From Microcaecilia unicolor (lineage: Eukaryota): a stretch of 64,000 nt of DNA. Positions 1 to 10,899 of this stretch are shown in pieces. Both the position numbers and the translations under genes were made by a program. The notes beneath the pieces are model-generated. The model was not told the origin of the DNA and ran no database searches. It saw only the letters and a list, made by a program, of their open reading frames with translations. Every line of letters starts with the position of its first letter. Within the stretch, counting starts at the first letter, position 1. The DNA is taken from contig NC_044034.1 in assembly GCF_901765095.1 (NCBI RefSeq), positions 62,498,339-62,562,338 of the forward strand. Direction: 5' to 3'.

Positions 1-2204
1 TCTAATGCTGATGGTAGACAACCCACGGGACTCCATACGGAACTTGTTGAAGGAGGTACAGTGTTATGGAGACCTGTCAGGATTCCGCTTGAACCTGTCA
101 AAATCAATGGCAATGGGGATGACAGAGGAAGCACAACAAAGTTGGGTAGGGCCATTCCCTTTCCAGTGGGCAGAGGGGAGATTGAAATATTTAGGGGTAG
201 AAATTCCGGTTAAATTATCCACACTGTATAAGATAAATGTGAGACCCCTGTTAGCGGAGACTGGACGCCTACTGGGAATGTGGAGCGCTTGTCCGCTTTC
301 CCTGTCGGGACGTATAGCTCTCTTTAACATGTTCATAGCCCCGAAATGGTTATATAAGTTCCAGGTATTGCCACTGCATCTAAGGGGAAGGGAGGAGAGG
401 GAGTTGAAGGTCATGTTGAGGAAGTTTTTGTGGAACAACAAAAGACCCAGGCTGCCATTAGAAGTACTATATAAGCCTAAAACACATGGGGGAATGGGTC
501 TACTGAGTATTAGATACCTCACTGTTTCTTGCACTATGCGACATGTAAGGGATTGGCTGGTAGGTAGTCAACACTTCATGAACACGCAGTTGGAGGCTTC
601 CTTGACGCCTGGAGTACACCTGAGCTGCCAGCTGCACACTACCAAAAACGGGGTGGGAATCAAAACCCCCATGAACTGGTTTGTGCGTTCAGCTAGAGCA
701 ATGTGGAGATGGCTGTGTAAGAGACATGATTTTTCGGCAGCTGCGACACCATTTGTCTCCCTGAGGTTGAACCCGGACTTTCCAGCGGGAACAACAGATA
801 AAGTATTTGTGCGCTGGAGACAGCTGGGAATTTTATATCTATATCAGCTGGTAGACGAAGAGGGGCAGCTTAAATCCATGGAGGATTTGAAGAGAGAGTA
901 CGGCATTGTGGATACAGACTTTTTTGGGTATGCACAAGTACAACATTATGCCCAGGCGCTGGGAGCATTCAACTTAAGCGAGGACGTGCAAGAGGTGCTC
1001 TCAACAGCATTAACACTGGGATCACAAAATATAGTGCCCCTGCGCTTTCATCATCGCAATCTTCAGGACACCACACCAGATATAGATTACTGCAAACTTG
1101 CGACAAGTTGGTCCCGAGATCTGGGAACCGAGTTAACGGTAGAAGATCTTCAGGACTTCCTGAGGGCAATTTTAAAGAGATCCATTTTTATACGACAGTG
1201 GGAACAGCAGTACAAGTTTGCCCTGCGCACATATATAGCACCAAGTAGGGCGCAAAAAGCAGGTTTTGGCACTGGGACGTGCCCTAAATGCAGAATGGCA
1301 GAAGCGACCCTGGGCCATTTATTTTGGAAATGCCCAGATATCCAGAAATTCTGGATACAAATAATAACAGAATCGGGGCAGTACTGGAAACGAAAACTGT
1401 CGGCGGGACCCTTGTTGTTGTTTGATATATTTCAGTTGGGGCAACATACGCCATCGGGCATGATGGGATTTTTACAAAGAGTAACATTAGTTGGAAAACA
1501 AGTGATCCTCCTTAAATGGAGAGAAGAGCAGCCCCCTACGAGAGAATTATGGAGGACAAAGATGACTGAGCTAATGCACCAGGAGCTCTGTGGAGTAGTT
1601 TCAGCAACTAACCATGTAAAAGACCCTAATGTGTTTAAGCAAACATGGAGGAAATATTGGAACACGATGCATCCTGCTGTCCGCCGCCATATTCTTCAGA
1701 AGCTGACATATAGACAAGGGAGGCGGGAAGCATCTGAAGCAGAGTGAACGAGAAAGTGCCGTGGTCAACTGCATCTATATTTCAAGGAACTGGGAAGGGA
1801 GGGGGGGGAGGGATTGTTTTTTGGGACAAAGGCGTTTTGATATGAAAGGTGGAGAGCTATAAGAAACAAAGCTCTCTACATTCGAGTGTAGCTTATACAG
1901 GTGCATGTACATAATACATAGTTAATAACGAACTTTATTGTTTGGAAGTTACACATAGGTGCTATATATAATGCTGTTCGATTTGGAAAGGAGATAGGGG
2001 GGTGGGAAAGGGTTTACAATACATAAAAGGGGGATAAATGGTGATGGAAAAATTGTTTTCTAGTAATAAGCACTGTGGTTTGCGGAATTATCAGAATAAT
2101 GTTGTGAATGGTGCTTTATATGTTTGTATATTTCATCAATAAAAATTATTGAAATAAAAGCAGAAATGATTAGGTGAAAAAAAAACAAAAAAAAAAACTA
2201 CAAA
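1..2204 (+). mobile_element. L1-like LINE, 5'-truncated at the window edge. Comprises the ORF2 C-terminal part, a 3'UTR and an A-rich tail at about 2160-2204.
   Basis: ORF 5-1747 (580 aa) resembles the region after the L1 ORF2 reverse-transcriptase domain, including the C-terminal Cys motif 'CPKCRMAEATLGHLFWKCPDIQKFW'. The stop at 1747 is followed by an A-rich stretch 'aaaaaaaaacaaaaaaaaaaa' near 2170-2200. Confidence 0.75.
5..1747 (+). CDS. L1-like ORF2 protein, C-terminal fragment (TE-encoded, 5' truncated)
   Basis: A 580-aa open frame that shares motifs with the two other L1-like ORF2 copies in the window, for example 'GFRLNLSKS', 'WLYKFQVLPL' and the C-terminal 'HLFW.C' motif. Confidence 0.7.
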   Translation: MLMVDNPRDSIRNLLKEVQCYGDLSGFRLNLSKSMAMGMTEEAQQSWVGPFPFQWAEGRLKYLGVEIPVKLSTLYKINVRPLLAETGRLLGMWSACPLSLSGRIALFNMFIAPKWLYKFQVLPLHLRGREERELKVMLRKFLWNNKRPRLPLEVLYKPKTHGGMGLLSIRYLTVSCTMRHVRDWLVGSQHFMNTQLEASLTPGVHLSCQLHTTKNGVGIKTPMNWFVRSARAMWRWLCKRHDFSAAATPFVSLRLNPDFPAGTTDKVFVRWRQLGILYLYQLVDEEGQLKSMEDLKREYGIVDTDFFGYAQVQHYAQALGAFNLSEDVQEVLSTALTLGSQNIVPLRFHHRNLQDTTPDIDYCKLATSWSRDLGTELTVEDLQDFLRAILKRSIFIRQWEQQYKFALRTYIAPSRAQKAGFGTGTCPKCRMAEATLGHLFWKCPDIQKFWIQIITESGQYWKRKLSAGPLLLFDIFQLGQHTPSGMMGFLQRVTLVGKQVILLKWREEQPPTRELWRTKMTELMHQELCGVVSATNHVKDPNVFKQTWRKYWNTMHPAVRRHILQKLTYRQGRREASEAE

Positions 2205-2593
2205 GTACTTAATATGATACTAGATTCTTATGAAGTGCAAGATCTAATTAATGAGAGAGGGAAAAAGCCTCTGTGCCCAACCTCCCCCCAGAAATGTTAT
2301 TTATGGGATAAATAACGTTTGTCTTCACAAGTGTTCAGAATTTTAAGCTAAGTGCTTTTTTTTTTTTAAATTAATTTCTTTGGATTCAGTATTCCTGTGA
2401 CGTTTTTAGCAAGTAAAGAATTGAGTAAATTTTTTTTTTCATGCCGATGAAGAAAGTTGACCCAGTTTTTTCCTTCTTATGCCATAAATAACATTTTTGG
2501 GTGGAGGTTGGGCACAGAGGCTTCTTCTCTTTCTCATTAATTAGATCTTGCACTTCATAGGAATCTACTATCATATTGAGTACTTTGTAGTTT
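2205..2593. mobile_element. MITE or foldback-like element with ~90 bp terminal inverted repeats, inserted in the LINE A-tail
   Basis: 2205-2293 'actacaaagtacttaatatgatactagattcttatgaagtgcaagatctaattaatgagagagggaaaaagcctctgtgcccaacctcc' is the near-exact reverse complement of 2506-2593. An internal inverted pair 'atgttatttatgg' and 'ccataaataacat' is also present. Confidence 0.6.
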
Positions 2594-2763
2594 TTATCAA
2601 GTGAGATTTTTCTATTGTATTTCTATTGTGTGTAGCATCAGGCTAATCTGTGGTTTGGGCATTCAGGGCACAGTCCAGTTATAATTAGTTAAGCATAGCA
2701 CTTGGACAGTTTCTTCGTATGTGAACAACACTTTACCTTGGCAAACTGTTTTTCTTTCTACAG

Positions 2764-2901
2764 CAACTTCTTGAAGAAGCCAGAAATACAAGCAGCTTAT
2801 CTCCAGAGACATATAATTTTGTGGAGCTCATTTGGGTAGAAGCACTTGGCCACTTGGATCATATACTTCGCAAACCTGTAAACAGCATTAGTCTCAATGA
2901 T
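2764..2901 (+). CDS. PARP4: PARP4 exon, PARP regulatory helical domain part
   Basis: Acceptor 'tttctttctacag|CAACTT' and donor 'AATGAT|gtgagt'. Encodes 'QLLEEARNTSSLSPETYNFVELIWVEALGHLDHILRKPVNSISLND', in phase with the next exon. Confidence 0.65.
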
Positions 2902-2934
2902 GTGAGTTGAGTGTATTAATTATTATATTATACT

Positions 2935-3700
2935 AGTAAAAAAGGCCCGTTTCCAAAACCAATGGAACGGGCGCTAACATGTGGCTTTTTTTGTGTGTAT
3001 ATGTGTCACAGAGTTATTTTGTGTGTGTGTGTAGGTTGTTGATGTGTGTCTTTTTTTGTTTTGTTTTGTTTTTTGCTTGGGGGTTGGGGGATGTGCTGTG
3101 CTGTCCTTGGTCGCTGTTTGCTGCTGGCTGGGTCGCGGGTAATCCTTCCAGCTGGGCCGCAGCTTGTCCTGTTCGCCCACGTCCCAGATGGTGACGGGCA
3201 CGTTGTTTTCCGGCTCCTCTGACTCCATGTCAAGCGATCCCAAATATAGTCTCTGCTATAGGCCCTCTGGCACTCTTCAGTACTGGCATTAGGCATTTTA
3301 AAATTTCTCCCCCCCCCCCCCCCCCCCCCGGTCTATTTTTGCACATACCCACAGCAGGAATATTCTTCTCTTGTTCCAGTGGTGGTTCTGTGCTCTCCGT
3401 GCTGCACAGATAATGAGCCATTCTGCTGGGGAATGCTCCTCCCTTATTGTCACGTAGTTTCCTCTGATTGGTCCGTCTTATGTTGCCTAGTGTTGCCTGG
3501 GAACGGTGTTGTGATGGTCCTTTGTGTTTCAGAATGTTGAGGGTGTTTTTTCTGATTGGTCCGTCATGCGAGGGCGGGGCAGAGAGACATGGTCAGTGTT
3601 GTGGCTTCACCACTATGAATCCATGAACCCTTCAGGGAGTGACTGAGTGACTTCAGAATGTTGTCTTCAGAACGTTGAGGGTAAGTTTTATTATAGTAGA
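2935..3700. repeat. Unclassified interspersed repeat, copy 1, with a hairpin head and a shared internal 'gagggcggggcagaga' motif
   Basis: Head 'ctagtaaaaaaggcccgtttccaaaaccaatggaacgggcgctaac...tgtgtgt' recurs at 46608-46660 as 'ctagtaaaaaagccccgtttctgatgcaaatgaaacgggggctagcg...gtgtgtgt'. Both copies also contain 'gagggcggggcagaga/ca'. Confidence 0.4.
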
Positions 3701-4295
3701 TAGGGCCCTATTCAGTCATAAAGTTTCCCTCCCCTTCTCCTGGAGTTGGGGGATACCTTTATATAAGAGCGTGGTAATGATTTGTAAATGAGAACAAACT
3801 TGAATATGTTAACAAATGAGCATTCACCCTGATCTTTTTTTTTTTTTTTAGCTCCAGAAACAAATGTTTTGGGAAATTCATGTTTTGCTGAATAGAAATG
3901 GTTGTAAAAGGGCCAGTCCGGGAGCTATTTGGAGTAAACACAAACAGTGTTAGGCGCAATTAAAAAAAACCCACAAACAAAAAAGCCCAAGGATATCCAA
4001 GAGGATGAGCCACCATCGATGCTGTATTAACACTTTCTGCTCAGCACGTGGACTGGTCCACAAGGGGTGATGGACCCACACACTTAAACTCTTTTATTCA
4101 CTACCCCGAATCCTAAAACTCAGATGTATTTTGCATGCATTATTTTGTGTAAGCCACTTAGTTATAGGCGGGTATAAGCTCTATAAATAAATTTGATCAG
4201 GAGTATCTCTGGCAGTTCATGTCCCACATCTGGTGCTGTAGGCTGTAAGAATGATTTTCTTATTTTATTTTACTTACTCTCATAGCCAAATCAGC

Positions 4296-4700
4296 AAACC
4301 CAGTTTAACAACATAAGAATAGCCATACTGGGTCAGACCAATGGTCCATCTAGCCCAGTATCCTGCTTCCAGCAGTGGCCAATCGAGGTCACAAGTACCT
4401 GGCAGAAACCCAGTTAGTTGCACCATTCCATGCTACTAATCCCAGGGCAAGCAATGATTTCCCCCATGTCCATGTCAATAACAGACTGTAGACTTTTCCT
4501 CCAGGAACTTGTCCAGCCCTTTTTTTTTTACCCAAATATGCTAACCACTGTTACCACATCCTTTGGCAATGAGTCCCAGAGCTTAACTATTCTTTGAGTG
4601 AAAAAATATTTCTCCTATTTATTTTTAAAGTATTTTCATGCAATTTCATTGAGTGCCCCTGGTCTTTGTAGTTTTTGAATGAGTGGAAAATCGATTCCTC
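4296..4700 (-). mobile_element. CR1-like LINE 3' end: degenerate ORF2 C-terminus plus 3'UTR
   Basis: The reverse complement of 4540-4640 encodes a degenerate 'LDKFLEEKS' CR1 C-terminal motif. Segment 4310-4390 'ataagaatagccatactgggtcagaccaatggtccatctagcccagtatcctg...agtggccaatc' matches the reverse complement of the CR1 3'UTR at 28620-28700. Confidence 0.55.
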
Positions 4701-5749
4701 TCCACCTGCTATGCGAGTTGCGTGCCAGGTTTACATAATACTGCTTAGAGCCCAGTTGTAACATTCACACGTATAAGTGCTAATATTCTGTAATCTTAGA
4801 GCGTAAATGGTGTTTACATTTAGGCACTAAGATTATAGAATGAGGGGTATAGGGGATTATTTTAGAAGCATCTCCATGCGCAGATAGTGGTATCTGCACA
4901 TATAGATTGCATACACGTGTAAATGCCAATTTTGGAAAGCTGCTGTTTCCACGGGGAGGTTTACACAAGGAGGCATAGTCTGGGCATGCCTTGAATGGGA
5001 TAAAAATCTACACGTGTATTCCCCGTTTTACAAAGGAAATAATGTTTATTGGAAAAAATGTCCTGGTTAGGTTTTACACCAGCTCAAAGGCATGCACAGA
5101 TTTTTAGAAAGCACATGTTTTGGCTTGGGCTTTATACTAGGGATTAAGAGGGTAATTATTCTCTTTAATGACTTCACTACTTTATGGGCGGTACTCACTG
5201 GACAGCTACACGTGGAAGCACCACTATTTCTACATGGAAGTGACAACAGTTTTATGTGGAAGCTGCCAGGCTTCTGACGCTTATTTTTTTCCATGTGTAG
5301 AATGGCTGCTTTGTCACATCCACGCGCACTCCTGCATGTCCCTATCGATATTTTACAAAAGGAGCCTGTCGTTTAACATACTTGTCCTTTTTCTTGTTGT
5401 ATACTGTTTTCATTTGTGTTTTTGGTTTAAGTTTAAATAAAAACAACTTGAAAAAAATAAAGCCTTTGGTAGTATAGCCTTTTGTAAGATACTGCTGAAA
5501 TTGAACACGACCAAAATTCAGATGCCCTGGTTTGGATCTCAGTGTTCTGCTGAAATGGGTCTTCAAGCCTCATTTCATTCCCTTCTCATTTAATACTATT
5601 ACCACAGAGCTGAGCATGCATACCTCCACCACCCATCTCTTCCTAATTCTTTTTTTATTCAGAGGCTTTCACCTCCAACTAAAACTGCTTTGCTTTTTAC
5701 TGTAAAACTCAAAGGAAAACTCATATACACTGTGAAGAAACTGTGTGTT

Positions 5750-6530
5750 TTAAGCCTGTAAAATGTATTGGACATTTTCCTGCATTATGTCCTGAAGTGT
5801 ATTTCTCCTACTTGGCCAGCAGGTGGTGTTTCTTTGCTGTAAAGCTGTTATGGAGAAATGAATGTTCTTTTCTTTAGTTTTAGTACACAAACAGGAAGCA
5901 AGAATCAGTATATGTTTGAAATTTTCTTGTTCTGGGCTCTGATTGGCACAGGAGCTCATTTTATTTGGAGGCTTTTACTCTAGTCTTAGCCAGGAAGAAG
6001 AGAGAGACAGATCTCTTTGCTAAGGCCCTGCAAACAGTTACATTTGATAACTTGTGAGCAGCTATATGTCCTGATCTTTCCAAGTACGTTTTAGAAAGAA
6101 AACAAATATTTGGCTAGTGTTATAATTGATCCATATTTCAGTTACCTGTTATTGTTTGCTGATTGCACATTTTTCTGAACACTGTTCATTTTTAAAAGAC
6201 AATAAACAATTTAGTTTATTACCTCTTTGTCTGGACTGATAAGGAATCCTGGTGGTTTGTGCGTTGGTTCTGTGAGTGCTTTCTGGGAACTGTGGGACCA
6301 CTGGAAGTGTGGCCCCAGTAACCTAGAAATCAATGGATATAATTTGAGAGTGGGAGACTTGCCCAGAGGCGGTTGTGACCCAGTCGGTAGGAGGAGGGTG
6401 CTAGTGTAGAGCACAAGCAGAAGGTGCAAGCGGACCTGAGCTGTGCAGGGGATAGACCCTCTAATTGGCGGTGGGGTAACCGCAGTTGGGTGGCTAGGCA
6501 TTTCATGACATCCACCTTATCCCCAATTAT
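5750..6530 (-). repeat. Unclassified interspersed repeat family R1, ~0.8 kb. Further copies lie at 60830-61580, with partial copies at 14290-14620 and 41440-41760.
   Basis: Long collinear similarity between 5760-6520 and 60830-61570, for example 'gaagtgtatttctcctacttggccagcaggtggt', 'ctgtgggaccactgg.. cccagtaacctagaaatca' and 'gacctgagctgtgc.ggggatagaccctctaa'. The ORF translations 'RGSIPCTAQVRLHLLLVLYTS' at 6211-6501(-), 'SIPSTAQVHLHLLLVLYTS' at 41328-41756(+) and 'SIPSTAQVCLHL' at 61281-61571(-) are the same repeat read as protein. Confidence 0.55.
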
Positions 6531-7161
6531 CCTGCCAGGCTAGTTTCACTAGTCCCACAGCCAGAGCCCTCTTAACAAGTCTCATCTGCGTTTGCTTTAC
6601 AATTTTTCTTTAATCTCTCTGATTTGTCTTCCTGTTTCTGACTCTGTGGTTCAGACCCCCCCCCCCCCTTACAAATCCTTGCTCAGACAGTATGTTCAGA
6701 AAGCTCAAAGTAGCGTCACCAGGCCAAGGACTGGAGAGGAACCTCAGCCATACACACTGACTGTAGGGATTGATAGTAGTATTAGCCATCTTTCTTTCAT
6801 TTCCCTTGCCTGAGTACACCACTTCCATAGTTCATTCAGCCTGACTAATCCTGATGGATGGGATCGCGAAGTCTTGATTTCACTGTGTGGCTACACTTAA
6901 CCATTGTAGCTTGAGACCTTGTGCAGTTTTATAACCACCAATGTTTTGTTCTTCTCATTGTTTTGTAGTATATTGATGCAAATTCTGAATGTGATCAGTT
7001 TGAGAACAGCATACCATCCACAATCCATGTATCTCAATGTGAAAAGCTATCTAGATATGTGTATATTTGTTTTCTGCCATTAGGTATCTGTTATAGAGAT
7101 TATTTTTTATTTATTTTTCCTGTAATCTTTTTTTTTTTTTTTTTTTTTTTTTTGTTTAAAG

Positions 7162-7335
7162 GTGAGCAAAGGTGAAGGTATTTTGTTTCATGTCAGAAAG
7201 GCTCTGGATGATGGGGCTTCAGCAGAAGTTTTGAAACAGATGATGATGGAATTCTATCGCATTATCCCTCACAAAAATGGAATCGATTATAATGTTAACA
7301 AAAAGCTCTTGTCTTCCAAAGAGGACTTATGTCAG
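7162..7335 (+). CDS. PARP4: PARP4 exon, PARP regulatory helical domain
   Basis: Acceptor 'tttgtttaaag|GTGAGC' and donor 'TGTCAG|gtaaaa'. Encodes 'VSKGEGILFHVRKALDDGASAEVLKQMMMEFYRIIPHKNGIDYNVNKKLLSSKEDLCQ'. Compare the PARP1 helical-domain motif 'FYTLIPHDFG'. Confidence 0.8.
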
Positions 7336-8544
7336 GTAAAACATAATCTACGTGATTTAAAGAAGAGAAATCTATGTTTCTAAATGAAAAATATTCTTGG
7401 ATTATTAACCCTTTGCTGATTTTAAAATGCAGTTTTAATTTTGTAGAGCTAGTTAGGAAGTGGGTGTCACTGTCTATCTTGGTTTAATTTCCCACATTTC
7501 TTCAGAAAGAAATAAAGTGTTGCATCTGAATGACTGTTATTGTATGCAAAACCAGTGCAGAAAAACAAATGGTGGTGCCATCATTATGAGATACGTTCCT
7601 ATGGATAGCATGAGGACTAACTGTTGGGCACTGCTGCAGGTAATTCAAAGGTGTTGCAACCCTCCTCTCCCCACAAAGCAGAGCCAGATGTGCCCTAAAA
7701 AATATGGTGCCTTCCAGAAAGTCCTAGTTGCCCTGCCCTAGTTCTAAACCTGCTCGGGGAGGACAATTTTTATTTATTTCGATTTAGTTTATGCCTTTTT
7801 ATTGGTCAATTATATTCAGGCACAGTAGATATTTCTCTATCCGCTGGATTTGCTAACCTGTGTTAATGTAGTAACGTGTATTAATTTGTGATACAAGAGG
7901 TTATTAGTAAATAGGCCTCATTAAGAATAATGGGTCCTGTGTTAAATATGAGTTAGAACAGGTTAGTATATAAAAACTTAAGATAAGGTTGTAAGTTTTG
8001 CACCTGAGCCAATGAACGGTGAAATAACTTGTCAAGGTCACAAGGAGTGTCAACAGAATTTGAGCCCTGTCTTCCCTGGTTCTCAGCCTGCAGCTTTAAC
8101 CTTTATGCCACTTCTTCACTCTTCAGATCAAGCTAGCCATGTTAAAATGGATTACCACACCTAGATTGTTCTTTCTGAAAATTTGCATTCTGGCCACCCA
8201 AAGTATGCACAGGCATCCACATCTTTCATCCTTTTAGCTGGATTGTGAGGTGTCATTCCCAGGGATGTGGTTAGGTTGGGGAAGGAAAAGAACATGACTG
8301 CTTTGTTGTTTTCAAACGTGTTTGCACTATTTTATCTTCTTGGTCGTTAAAACGAATAGCAGGTGCAAAGTATACAGATGCTGTAGTACTCAAAATGTAT
8401 GCTGATTTTCAAAGAGAATCCACTGGGGTGATTTCTCTTTGAAAATTAGTGTAAAGGAAAAACTGAATGCTATGGAGAGGGGGAATTCTATAAATGGTGC
8501 TGAAAACTAGACCTGAGAATAATCTGGGCCAAGCACTATTCTAT

Positions 8545-8766
8545 AAAGGGAAGGGAAATGGGACTTGATATACTGCCTTTCTGAGGTTTTGTTTTGCAAC
8601 TACATTCAAAGTGGTTTACATATATTCAGGTACTTATTTTGTACCAGGGGCAATGGAGGGTTAAGTCACTTGCCCAGAGTCACAAGGAGCTGCAGTGGGA
8701 ATTGAACTCAGTTCCCCAGGATCAAAGTCCACTGCACTAACCACTAGGCTACTCCTCCACTCCAGT
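8545..8766 (-). mobile_element. tRNA-derived SINE copy
   Basis: The reverse complement matches the SINE at 62150-62345, for example 'ggaggagtagcctagtggttagtgcagtggactttgatcctggggaactgagttcaattcccactgcagctccttgtgactctgggcaagtgacttaaccctccattgcc'. It carries a box A-like 'tagtggttag' and a box B-like 'gagttcaattccc'. Confidence 0.7.
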
Positions 8767-9605
8767 GCACACTGAGCTGAGCTTAGTGCCTTTTATACCA
8801 TAGCGCTTAGAGGGCTTCTTTTATCAAACTGAGCTAGCGGTCCCCGGTGTGGTAATGCTGACAAGCCCATTCTCTTTCAGTGATTTTCGTCAGCATTGCT
8901 GCGCAGGAATCGCAAGCATGGTTTTGTAAAAGAGGTCCAGAGCATATTCCTGCATCCATCTATGGGCGTGAGGACTTACACTTGCTGAAACTAACACTGT
9001 GCCTAAATATTTGGAAAGCCCCTGATCCGTCGATGCCCCTCTCATGGCCACACCTCCTTTTGGGTTGTTTGGGTGCACAGCATTATAGAATATAGTGTGG
9101 GACAGATGCACATCTGGGCTTTGCGCCCAAATTTGGATGACCTAATTTGGATGACCTATATAGAATCTGGGGGAGTGACCCTCTTCAACAGCTTAGAAAA
9201 GAAATTCAAATCCTCCTGAGCAGAGATAAATTAAGGTGAATATTCTGGAACAGTGGAAAATTAAGAAGATGTTAAAGGATGATTCTTAAATAAATGTTTA
9301 GTACAGTAAAGTCTGGATTATCTGATGTAAATGGGACCGACCTGTTATAAGTGAAAAGTCAGATAACACAGAAAACAATGGTAACCCCTCAAACAATGCA
9401 GAAACAAAGACTGTAAAAGCAGAGTCTCTGGTCTATAACAAACTGTCTCAGGTGCGAAATTTCCCTCTGTGCTATCCTGGAAAATGGAAAGAGACATGAT
9501 GACATCACCAGAGAATCTGTCAGATGTGCCGAATGGTCGGGTTAGTGAAGGTCAGATAATCGAGACTGTACTGTATAAAGTATTAGAAATCTAAACAATT
9601 TTGGG

Positions 9606-9718
9606 CTAGTTATATTTGAAGGGCTTATTTCCAAAACCCTCTAAATCCAATGCAACTAATGTGGATTTAGCGGGTTTTGGAAATTGGATTTAGAGGGTTT
9701 TAGAAATAAGCCCTTCAT
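9606..9718. repeat. Short hairpin or MITE-like inverted repeat
   Basis: Segment 'gaagggcttatttccaaaaccctctaaatccaa' at 9611-9643 is the reverse complement of 'ttggatttagagggttttagaaataagcccttc' at 9683-9715. Confidence 0.45.
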
Positions 9719-10085
9719 TTTTAGTTGAAATGTTTTTATTGGTTTTATACAGAAGCAATACAAAAACCAAACTTCTGTCAAACAGCTTAAATGTACAAAA
9801 TCCAATGCCGCCTGATGTATCCAAAAACAGCATCTTACTGCCATGGTCCACCTGCAGCCAGGCTGCGAAAAGAAGCGCAAATTTAATTTTCTGGGCAAAG
9901 AGGGTGGAACAAACAGGGCTAAAGCTCTTCCTCAGCGCTATAACCCGGGCCGAATGATCCTGGAAAAATAAGACCTTGTGGCCCTCATGCATGAGTTTTT
10001 TTACCAGTTCATAGTGCCTGCAGAATTTCTTGCTTGTGCTGGAAATTTAAAAGTCGGCATATCCCCATTTTCGGGTGGGAGGTGT

Positions 10086-10560
10086 CTAGTTTTCAGGATC
10101 CCACCCGATGTGCCCACTCAATATGGAATGGCCCCACCCTGGATTGCAGCTGTAGTAGTGAAGTTGACAGCCAATTTTCAAAAAAACACCCAGTTCACCA
10201 TCTATTGTAGAGTCAGATAACCCCACAGATCTAAGGTTGTTACGCCTCAAATGGTTTCCTAGGTCGTCGATCTTATCCTTGAGGGAGGCCACTTGTTTTA
10301 ATAAGGGATTGCTCCAAGGCCTCCAGCCGTTGTATTGATGATTCCAACGTGTCAACGCTCTGCTGTGTCATGGTGAAATCATTATGGAGATCTTCGAGGC
10401 ATTTCTGTGACCACATCTAATTTGTTGGAAATTTGCTGTAGTCTCTTTTTTCTGAAGTGAGCTTCACTGCTGCCATCACCTCGGTCACAATTTCAGCTAT
10501 CCACATGGAGCTAATGGAGGCGCGGAGGGCTTCTGTGGATCCGCCACCTTGCTCTTGTGA
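10086..10560 (-). mobile_element. L1-like ORF1 fragment, an isolated 5' piece of an L1
   Basis: ORF 10086-10355(-) contains 'LKDKIDDLGNHLRRNNLRSVGLSD'. This resembles the conserved L1 ORF1p 'RSRRNNLRIIG.PE' motif that follows a coiled-coil region. Confidence 0.5.
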
Positions 10561-10899
10561 GATTTACGGCACACCACGTCTTTCCACAGACCTTTAAATG
10601 CCATTCAGCTCAAACGTCCAGGCACCAGGGGTGCGAAACCAAAGAACACACCCTGATGCAGCAGATATGTGGTATAAAATTAATGGTAAGTCAGACCAAT
10701 GGGGGTTCACAGTGGCCGGGCCTGGGAGCTCCAGCTATCGGCATTCTCTCCCAGGCATGGTGTCACGTGATCTCCATAAACCCTTCATTTTTTGTTATGA
10801 TAAATACTCTGTGCCTTTTGAAAATTGTTTGTATTTTTTTTTTATTTCAACAGTTTTTATTAATGGTTCAGCATGTTAAACATGAATGTACATTTCGAT

